Below are positions 19,410 to 26,887 of a stretch of 64,000 bases of DNA, piece after piece. This DNA is from a virus (taxonomy: Duplodnaviria; Heunggongvirae; Uroviricota; Caudoviricetes), in the IMG/VR virus record IMGVR_UViG_3300026521_000571. One strand, written 5' to 3'. The position numbers and the translations under genes were made by a program. Within the stretch, counting starts at the first letter, position 1. The number at the start of each line of letters is the position of its first letter. The notes under the pieces are model-generated. The model was given only the letters and a program-made list of their open reading frames with translations. It had not been told where the DNA came from and did not search any database.

Positions 19410-20644
19410 GTCTAGAAACACTCTTATCCCCTCTTAAAAAAAATAAGACGATATGTACTACTATTTTATTTTTTCTATTTACTTGTATAGTATTCGTCTT
19501 TTTCTGGTTTGGTGTTATAGAGTCAACAGCAACAACTCTACATTTTTTTAAAAATATTTTTAGTGAAACTCAAATAACTACAGGATTCAACCAAATTAAT
19601 TTAAACTCAGTCTTTGTGAATTTGGTATATCCCACTGAGACTAATCAAAATATATATCTTATTAATAATATATTCGATACAATTAGAGAGCATCCAATAA
19701 ATTATAAAATTTATATTGGATCAAAAGGTGAAAGTTATATTTTATTAGATAATAAATTCTATGAGATAAAGTTGACATCCAATTTTTGGATATGGACTGG
19801 GGTATTATTTATCCAAAATCCAATTTTTTATTTCATAATGACACGTTTATTAAACACACAAGAGTTAAATATTCGAACTGAACATATGATATCTGAGAAA
19901 ATAGACCAAGATTATCTAGCTGATAAAGTTGCACAAACGATGGGTGGTTACATCCATCATGAATTAAAGACACCACTCACAGCAATTGAAGCAATATCCA
20001 CAAAAAATAGATTAATTATTGATAAGTTAAATATTAATGATGACATCAAACAAGAGTTTCTAAATAACTGCAACTTATTGGAAAATAGCATAATGAATAT
20101 GTTTAATACAATAAATGCCGTCCAACAATTAAAAGCAATTGATGATAATGAAAATATTTCAATTTATGATATTATTGAAAGATCATTAAATATCTTTAAA
20201 TTAAGCTCTAATTATAAATTCATATATTTGGTTGATAAAGAACTCAAACGATGTCGCCCAGATAAACTCAATCCACATTTACTTTCGAATATAATAATAA
20301 ATCATGCAAAGAATTCACTCGAAGCCGATGCTAAAATTATAAAATTTGAATACAGTAATTTTTATATAAAGAATAATATAAAATTATTACATATGTATAT
20401 AATTGATGATGGTAAAGGTATTCCAAAGAATATATTAAAAACAGTATATGAATTAAAATTCACTACAAAAGAAAGTGGCACTGGTGTTGGATTATATATA
20501 TGCAAAGGTGTATTAAATCAGTTCGGTGGTGATGAAAATATCCAACAATCATCAAAGTACGGTACTGTCATTGATTTAGAAATACCAGTACTTGAGTGTA
20601 AAAGAACTGATACTGAAGTTGATAGTTTAAAAGGAGAAAAATAG
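19406..20644 (+). CDS. Membrane sensor histidine kinase (412 aa)
   Basis: Two TM segments flanking a ~100-aa extracytoplasmic region; H-box IHHELKTPLTAIEAIS; N-box NIIINHAKNSLEA; G1 IIDDGKGIP; G2 GTGVGLYICKGV. Confidence 0.7.
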   Translation: MSLETLLSPLKKNKTICTTILFFLFTCIVFVFFWFGVIESTATTLHFFKNIFSETQITTGFNQINLNSVFVNLVYPTETNQNIYLINNIFDTIREHPINYKIYIGSKGESYILLDNKFYEIKLTSNFWIWTGVLFIQNPIFYFIMTRLLNTQELNIRTEHMISEKIDQDYLADKVAQTMGGYIHHELKTPLTAIEAISTKNRLIIDKLNINDDIKQEFLNNCNLLENSIMNMFNTINAVQQLKAIDDNENISIYDIIERSLNIFKLSSNYKFIYLVDKELKRCRPDKLNPHLLSNIIINHAKNSLEADAKIIKFEYSNFYIKNNIKLLHMYIIDDGKGIPKNILKTVYELKFTTKESGTGVGLYICKGVLNQFGGDENIQQSSKYGTVIDLEIPVLECKRTDTEVDSLKGEK

Positions 20645-21091
20645 ATGTTAGATAGAAATACAATATTAACTTTAAATAAAGACCCGAAGAGTATTGATCT
20701 ACATAATCTGGCTCTAGCCAAATCAAAGGCCGCAAAATTAAATGCTGGATCAAGTCATCAATTTATTCAGGATAGAGATAGATCAAAAGGCTTTAAAAAT
20801 TATGATGAAGCCTATCAGAAGTATATTAAATTAAAAAACAGTGGATTTCTAGATTTATTTAATAAAAAACATGGGATTGGTACTAACACAAATCCTACTA
20901 TAAATCCAACTAAAAAAATAATAAAAGAGGTTTCTGAAAGTAGTTTAATTCATAAAATAGATAGTTTGATTGAAATGGCACCTATTGCTCCTTTTAATGG
21001 CCCAGGAGCAGGTCCGGATAGCTCATCTAAACAATTCATTTTAAAGGAAGAATATGCCAATAAGTCCAGCAAAAATAAAAAAACATCTTGA
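20645..21091 (+). CDS. Hypothetical protein (148 aa)
   Basis: ORF. Confidence 0.45.
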   Translation: MLDRNTILTLNKDPKSIDLHNLALAKSKAAKLNAGSSHQFIQDRDRSKGFKNYDEAYQKYIKLKNSGFLDLFNKKHGIGTNTNPTINPTKKIIKEVSESSLIHKIDSLIEMAPIAPFNGPGAGPDSSSKQFILKEEYANKSSKNKKTS

Positions 21092-21791
21092 TATAAAAGA
21101 AAATGAGGTAATTGCAAAAGAGAAATGTACTGTGACCATAGATCTTTCGGAATATAAAAATATTGAATCAGAGTACGGTGACGTAATTGATATTGAGGAA
21201 TCAGCTTCTGTTTATAAAATTCCAGGGTTTTTTAGAATCGAATTCGATTCTAATAATGCAATTGAATTCTTTTTCCCTTATAGTGTTTATTTAAATAAAA
21301 TGGAAAATACAATAGAGACCTCAAAAATGATTAAAGTTGAATATCAAGAGGGTGATATTATTTTCTATGCTAAATATAGAGAAGAAGAAACTGATGTTAG
21401 AATCCTGGATAAATTATTTGAGCACGGAGCAAAGTATTTAGCTGATAAACCAGATAAACTTGTTCAAAATATATGGACACAATTAAAACCAAGCTCAAAA
21501 GTCCCATTTCATCATATTGAATTAATAGTAAGTCAATTATATGGATTCTATGATGAAAAGAGTGGTACTTATAAACCATTAAGATTATCAAATTTAAAAT
21601 ACAGTAAAGATTATATTTTAAATACTAAACAATCAAGTCATCATTTAAATAGAGGAATGGGATTCTTGTATGGATATAGTAATGATTCATTAAGGACCTC
21701 AGTACAGAAAAAGAATGAGATAAATAATAATTTCTTCGAAAATATATTAAGTGGTGATTACGACAGACTTATAGAAAATTCAAAAAAATGA
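21054..21791 (+). CDS. Hypothetical protein (245 aa)
   Basis: ORF. Confidence 0.5.
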   Translation: MPISPAKIKKHLDIKENEVIAKEKCTVTIDLSEYKNIESEYGDVIDIEESASVYKIPGFFRIEFDSNNAIEFFFPYSVYLNKMENTIETSKMIKVEYQEGDIIFYAKYREEETDVRILDKLFEHGAKYLADKPDKLVQNIWTQLKPSSKVPFHHIELIVSQLYGFYDEKSGTYKPLRLSNLKYSKDYILNTKQSSHHLNRGMGFLYGYSNDSLRTSVQKKNEINNNFFENILSGDYDRLIENSKK

Positions 21792-21852
21792 TCAAAAAAA
21801 AATCAAGGGTGGAGTTCAAAAGAACCTCACCCTACCCTCTTGTGCTAAAAAT

Positions 21853-22113
21853 TTAACATAATCTTCCAGCACCATGATTCCAATACGCAGGTCCAATTCT
21901 TTCCTCAGGCAATTTTTTCATCTCCTCGAATCGATCAGATATTAAATTAATAGTTTCATCGTAGAGTCCCTCAAGTTCATCTCCTCTTACTTTAACAGAA
22001 TCTATTATTTCAGTTAATAGATTTAAACTATCATCTTTTTTACGAAGTGAATTTAATCTATCAACTCTAGCTAACTTTTCTGAGATTTCTTTTTGGAATT
22101 CAGTTATTATCAT
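21853..22113 (-). CDS. Hypothetical protein (86 aa)
   Basis: ORF. Confidence 0.45.
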   Translation of the reverse strand: MIITEFQKEISEKLARVDRLNSLRKKDDSLNLLTEIIDSVKVRGDELEGLYDETINLISDRFEEMKKLPEERIGPAYWNHGAGRLC

Positions 22114-22303
22114 CTCTGAACTCCTTTTAGATTAAAATCAATCTGAAGTTGAAATCTCTTTGCAAAAGAATATATCTCTTTTATTGAATCAAAGAGTTCT
22201 AAAGAACTCTTTCTTTTTTTCAATTCATCAATCGCTTTAAGATTGGCTGCTAGAATTCTAGCAGCCTTTTGTCTATTAATTTCCATTTCAAATCCTTTTA
22301 TTT

Positions 22304-22504
22304 TTATTTACTTAGAGTCATTTCGAACTCAACCTCACCAGCAAATTCTTCTTCGCCTTGTGAAACCAACCATTTACCAAAATCAGTACTTGCATCTTCA
22401 CAACGCCAGATCGATCCTTCTTCCATTTTATTATAATCGTTATTATCCAATGTTACCTCTAGTTCAGTTTTAAAAGGCTCCGGAATTTCTATAAGATATA
22501 TCAT
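22304..22504 (-). CDS. Hypothetical small acidic protein (66 aa)
   Basis: ORF, start coupled to the upstream gene. Confidence 0.4.
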   Translation of the reverse strand: MIYLIEIPEPFKTELEVTLDNNDYNKMEEGSIWRCEDASTDFGKWLVSQGEEEFAGEVEFEMTLSK

Positions 22505-22926
22505 TACAACTCCTCTATTTGAATTTTAACTTTTTTTGTATCTAGAATCTTTAAAAGATTATCTAGATTTCTATTAAGCTGAGGTTGATTACCAGGTAAT
22601 GGAAAATGTTTAAGAATAATCTTAAACTTATTGCCAGTCACTTCAGCTGCGTCTTTCATAAAAGCTTCTAAATACTCATGCAATCTAAGAATACTTTGAT
22701 TAGCAGCAATGAGTTCCAAAGCACTGATATCAACATCTTTTATTCCATCAATTGCACCAGCTAATTTATTCAAAGAGTTCATTAGAACTCTTTGATCCTG
22801 TTGTAGATTCTCTTCGCAGGCATTTAAAACACCAGCAATCACCTTAGATAAAACCTCTTTAAAAAGAATTTTCTGTGATTGCAATACAACTTGTTCAATT
22901 TCTATCTCTATTTTAACTCTCGCCAT
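22504..22926 (-). CDS. Hypothetical protein (140 aa)
   Basis: ORF with GGAGGA RBS. Confidence 0.5.
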   Translation of the reverse strand: MARVKIEIEIEQVVLQSQKILFKEVLSKVIAGVLNACEENLQQDQRVLMNSLNKLAGAIDGIKDVDISALELIAANQSILRLHEYLEAFMKDAAEVTGNKFKIILKHFPLPGNQPQLNRNLDNLLKILDTKKVKIQIEEL

Positions 22927-22936
22927 TTTTATCCTC

Positions 22937-23446
22937 CTATCTTATTTTTAATTCAACCAAGGCTTCGTCTATCGCTTTACCCAATAGATTCTGTCCAAGC
23001 CATTTGGATTTATCAAAGATCCTATTATCAGACCAATGTAATCCAATCCCCCATACTTTATCATACGGGCTTGCTTCTACAAAGAGCCTTTCTCCAATTT
23101 GCTTCTCAAAAGCTTCAGAGAATTCTTTATCTTTAAAAATCTCACGAAATTTAAAAATATTGCCAGCTTTTACAATTTGGAATTTATGTTCATCCCATAT
23201 CGCTTCATCAAAGCCTTTGACTCTTCTACCGTACTCTTTTATCCTCGCTTGATTTGAGGACTCAAGAATTTTCTTAGCCATCTGATGATCTCCAGATAAC
23301 TGAGCTTTATGATACATCATATATTGCTCAGCTGAATTGAACTCAATACCGGAGGCCTCGAAACTAAATTTGAACCATTGTGAAAATGGCCCATTCCAGA
23401 AGAAAGCATACTCGATACTTCTTCTATTCACCAGTTGCAATTCCAT
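22937..23446 (-). CDS. NADAR (YbiA/DUF1768) family protein
   Basis: FFWNGPFSQWF ... FNSAEQYMMYHKA ... GRRVKGFDEAIWDE ... IVKAGNIFKF ... FVEASPYDKVWGIGL match the conserved NADAR blocks. Confidence 0.85.
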   Translation of the reverse strand: MELQLVNRRSIEYAFFWNGPFSQWFKFSFEASGIEFNSAEQYMMYHKAQLSGDHQMAKKILESSNQARIKEYGRRVKGFDEAIWDEHKFQIVKAGNIFKFREIFKDKEFSEAFEKQIGERLFVEASPYDKVWGIGLHWSDNRIFDKSKWLGQNLLGKAIDEALVELKIR

Positions 23447-23833
23447 TTATTTCTCCAGACGATATATTTCGAGAGTATTCTCATTATATGAAGAATTATT
23501 AATTTTACGCGAACCAAAACCATGCATTGATAATTTTTTATCAATTATTTTTTGAAATTCAGGATAATAATCAAAGATTACTATACTACTTTTATCCAAT
23601 AAATTATTGATAATTTTTATTATCTCAAGTTCGAGATTTGAAATTACAGAGAATGTTTTTGGAGTAATGTTATACTTATTAAAATATTCTCTAGCCGATT
23701 TTGGTGAAGGTAAAAACGGGAATCTTGCATCTTTATCATAGATGCAAATCTGAATATGATATGCACCCAAACAGTTACTAACGATCACCCGATAATCAGT
23801 ATTATCTATATTAACTGATATACTATCTTTCAT
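23447..23833 (-). CDS. Hypothetical protein (128 aa)
   Basis: ORF with AAGGAAA RBS, immediately downstream (minus sense) of repeat copy 1. Confidence 0.5.
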   Translation of the reverse strand: MKDSISVNIDNTDYRVIVSNCLGAYHIQICIYDKDARFPFLPSPKSAREYFNKYNITPKTFSVISNLELEIIKIINNLLDKSSIVIFDYYPEFQKIIDKKLSMHGFGSRKINNSSYNENTLEIYRLEK

Positions 23834-23859
23834 TTTAATTTCCTTCTTATTTTATTTAT

Positions 23860-24044
23860 TTTTATTTTATTTTAAAAAAAATAGATGATTTATAACCCGC
23901 TGTCTCTGCGGCGTATGTTTAGTACCCAAGACTAACGCACATTGGCTGTTAGTGAATACCAGAGCATACATACAGTTTTTGATAACTAAAGTTACTGTAT
24001 AAACTTTAGCCAAGCACCCGACAACTTAATGCCGGACCTGGAAG
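23860..24044. repeat. Copy 1 of a ~185-bp element, 100% identical to 48916..49100 (ttttattttattttaaaaaaaatagatgatttataacccgctgtctctgcggcg ... gccggacctggaag)
   Basis: Base-by-base comparison of the two loci; GC-richer than surrounding DNA; internal hairpins such as ctaaagtt-actgtataa-actttag. Confidence 0.9.
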
Positions 24045-24060
24045 TTATTAATAGATCGGC

Positions 24061-24291
24061 TTAGGCGTTACCCAGCTCCAATCTATTAACAACATATTCT
24101 TTATCTTCGGAGATCTCGAAGACCTCCGAGACTCCGAGATAATCTTCCAGCAAGTGTACACTTGCTGGAAGAACAGAAGATTCGGCGCAAGCTTGCGCCG
24201 AATCTTCATCTCTGAAATGGCCTACGATAGACGCCTCAGCATCTATCACAACGTAGAGCTTAAGCTCTACGTGGCCCAATAGTCTTTTCAT
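24061..24291 (-). CDS. Small acidic protein (76 aa) in a GC-rich island; the ORF contains three perfect palindromes of 22..30 bp
   Basis: AAGGAG Shine-Dalgarno 6 nt before the ATG; codon usage far more GC-rich than its neighbours; the palindromes raise the alternative of a structured RNA or DNA element. Confidence 0.45.
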   Translation of the reverse strand: MKRLLGHVELKLYVVIDAEASIVGHFRDEDSAQACAESSVLPASVHLLEDYLGVSEVFEISEDKEYVVNRLELGNA

Positions 24292-24316
24292 CTTTTCTCC
24301 TTTATTCAGATTGATG

Positions 24317-24388
24317 AAAAATTAGCCTGTTGTAGGCAACATAAAGAACCTACCCGATGTAAGTTCAATAATATTATTTATATACTCA
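24317..24388. promoter_or_regulatory. Conserved ~70-bp promoter-like element (aaattagcctgttgtaggcaacataaagaacctacccgatgtaagttcaataatattatttatatact)
   Basis: Near-identical copies at 16021..16089 and 41811..41890, partial at 50264..50310 and 40836..40890; TATAAATA on the minus strand. Confidence 0.6.
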
Positions 24389-24441
24389 TTAGAGTAATTC
24401 TAAAAAACAAAGGGTTCAAAGTATTTTTAAAAGGATTAAAA

Positions 24442-25002
24442 ATGTCAACACAAAACAGCGCAGACACAGTATATGAATCAGTTCAAAATTATGTACGTCA
24501 TGATTTAAGTGAAAGTTTTACACCTTGGAGTGCTAAAGAACTCGAAGAAAAGAATAAAGAAGTCCGTTATAAATTTAGCTCAAGTAGTCTAAAAAAACTA
24601 GAAGGATTACATCCTGCTTTAGTGGATATTATTTTCGAGGTAGCCAACTCTATAGATTTGACAATAGTTTACGGATTAAGAACAGCTGAGGAGCAACATA
24701 AGTTATATCTAGCTGGAAGAAGTTCTAAAGATGGATATATTAAAAAATCTAGACATCAAAGTGGAAAAGCCGTTGATATATTGCCTCGACCAAGAGGTGT
24801 AAATATGTATAACTCAAAAGATAGAGATAATCCAACACGTTGGGCTTATTTTACAGGATTCTTCCAAGCAACAGCATTGGCTCTTGGATACGAAACTAGA
24901 GTTGGTTGGAAATGGAGAACAGATCCAATGGAAGTTCTAAAAAGACCTCTGAGAGAAAATAGCCTAGTTGATCCAAATCATTTCGAGATTTATATTAGGT
25001 AA
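24442..25002 (+). CDS. Peptidase M15 family endolysin (VanY / L-alanyl-D-glutamate peptidase-like)
   Basis: LRTAEEQHKLYLAG ... SRHQSGKAVDI metal-binding and catalytic motifs typical of M15 peptidoglycan hydrolases. Confidence 0.8.
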   Translation: MSTQNSADTVYESVQNYVRHDLSESFTPWSAKELEEKNKEVRYKFSSSSLKKLEGLHPALVDIIFEVANSIDLTIVYGLRTAEEQHKLYLAGRSSKDGYIKKSRHQSGKAVDILPRPRGVNMYNSKDRDNPTRWAYFTGFFQATALALGYETRVGWKWRTDPMEVLKRPLRENSLVDPNHFEIYIR

Positions 25003-25013
25003 AAGGAAACCGG

Positions 25014-25505
25014 GTGCAAATAAATTTACAAGAAAACATAACAGTAGTAAATAAAATTGATAATATTATAGAAGAAGCGATCAGGGGAAAAATTTCCCCT
25101 GAAATGTGGAGACAATCAGCATATGCTGATCTTACACCAGAAGAGTTACAATACGCTAAAGAAAATCTAGTCAAGAATAAATTAAAAAGTCAAATAAAAC
25201 CAGCAGCCTGGACAATGGGTATTGGAGCAGCTGCTTCATTAGCTACACATAATCCTTTACCATTAATGGGTGCAGCTGGACTTAATACTGGACGAATCAT
25301 CGGAACTGGTTTATTTGCAAAGAAGGTCCAGAAAGAAATAGATCCAGATAGATTAAAAGAATATAAACAAGCTCGTAAGGAAGTCGATAAAATTTATGCG
25401 ACGGACCCCGATGAATTGAAAGTATTTGATGGTGATAAAAAACAACAACAAGCCTTTTTAAATATGCATCGAAATAATACTTTAAAACAGATAGGTGTAT
25501 ATTAA
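25014..25505 (+). CDS. Membrane protein (163 aa), GTG start; candidate holin or spanin-like lysis partner
   Basis: AAGGAAA RBS before GTG; Gly-rich TM segment AAWTMGIGAAASLATHNPLPLMGAAGL; directly downstream of the endolysin. Confidence 0.45.
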   Translation: MQINLQENITVVNKIDNIIEEAIRGKISPEMWRQSAYADLTPEELQYAKENLVKNKLKSQIKPAAWTMGIGAAASLATHNPLPLMGAAGLNTGRIIGTGLFAKKVQKEIDPDRLKEYKQARKEVDKIYATDPDELKVFDGDKKQQQAFLNMHRNNTLKQIGVY

Positions 25506-25507
25506 AA

Positions 25508-26887
25508 ATGCACGGCTCTGATTTTGAAGAAAAATTGCCTCTGGCTGCTCTTCGGACAGTCGGAGCGGCTCTTGCCCTGAAAAAAATTAAAGATAGTGGG
25601 TATTTGACTGGGACGAAAAATTATTATCATGGAACATCGAAAGAAAGAGCAGAAGAAATTAAAAAGAATGGGTTACTTTCAAATAATCTTTTAAATAACC
25701 CGGATTCAATTAAAACAACTGCTACTTTAAATAAGGATGTCGCTGCAAAAAGTGATGATTATGTTTATCTAGCAAATGATAAATCAATAGCAGATGCTTT
25801 TGCAAATTCTTATGTTACTCCAACGAAACGAGCACCAGTTGGGCTTAATACTGAAAAATCACCTTATGGAGAAACACTCGTCGTTCCGATGTCGACTCAT
25901 AAAAAATTTAAGAGAAATCCAGAGACTGAAATGGGTTTCGATGAGTGGTATAAACTTAATTCACTTAATGTCCCTAAATTAGTAGCTAGACAACATTATA
26001 ATTCTATTAATGATGATACAGTTACGATAAAAGATAAGCTTGATCCTAAATATATTAAAGGATCTCCGGATTATAAAAGTCAAGCTTTTAAAAATTATAA
26101 AACTAACTGGGTAAAGGCGCCTGGAAAAGCAGCCCTTGCCCATCTTGGTGTGGCCGGCGTACTTGGAGGAACAGGATATTCAATGTATAGATTATTTGAA
26201 AACATAACAGTGATAAATAAAATTGATTCAATTATAGAGGAAGCTTCTTTTATTAATAAAGTAAAAAATTTCTTTTCTGGGTTCGCAATCCCTAAAAATA
26301 TTTTTAATAATTTATTAAAGAAAGCTAAAGTTAATGGTAGTCAATCTATTAAAAAAGAATTACAAGAGGCAAAGAGTCTTAGAAATATAAATGCCCCTGA
26401 GGTTCATGGGAAAGTAGATTATCAAGGCACATGTTATACCGGCGCTATGAAATTAATTGGTCTTAAAAATCTCGTTAGAAAATATCCGGATTTTTATAGT
26501 TTCTATCAAGCGTATACTAAAAAGACAAAGCCAATATATACAAAAGATCTTACAAAAAAAGAACTTGAATCTCTTCCGAAGGGTACTGTCATGGCAATAG
26601 TTAATAAAAGAGAGAGTCGATCAACAGTAAATACCGAATACAATAAAGAGCTTGGAATGATTCAAGAGACTCGTAAGATGATCGGTCATGTAATGATTTA
26701 TATGGGGAGAGATTCTAAGAAGAAAATAATTATTTTAGAGTTAAGTTATCCAAATGATGATAGAACCTTAAATGGTTCTGAACTTGAGTTGCAATTAGAT
26801 TTTGAAACAGATAGCTTTTTTAAAAGATACAATACTGATAAAAGAGATCTAGTTGTGTTTGACTATAGAGTTATGAAGACCCTTTAA
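25508..26887 (+). CDS. Hypothetical protein (459 aa) with a central hydrophobic segment
   Basis: Shares the ENITV(I/V)NKID(S/N)IIEEA peptide, and ~50 bp of DNA, with the N-terminus of the preceding gene. Confidence 0.55.
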   Translation: MHGSDFEEKLPLAALRTVGAALALKKIKDSGYLTGTKNYYHGTSKERAEEIKKNGLLSNNLLNNPDSIKTTATLNKDVAAKSDDYVYLANDKSIADAFANSYVTPTKRAPVGLNTEKSPYGETLVVPMSTHKKFKRNPETEMGFDEWYKLNSLNVPKLVARQHYNSINDDTVTIKDKLDPKYIKGSPDYKSQAFKNYKTNWVKAPGKAALAHLGVAGVLGGTGYSMYRLFENITVINKIDSIIEEASFINKVKNFFSGFAIPKNIFNNLLKKAKVNGSQSIKKELQEAKSLRNINAPEVHGKVDYQGTCYTGAMKLIGLKNLVRKYPDFYSFYQAYTKKTKPIYTKDLTKKELESLPKGTVMAIVNKRESRSTVNTEYNKELGMIQETRKMIGHVMIYMGRDSKKKIIILELSYPNDDRTLNGSELELQLDFETDSFFKRYNTDKRDLVVFDYRVMKTL

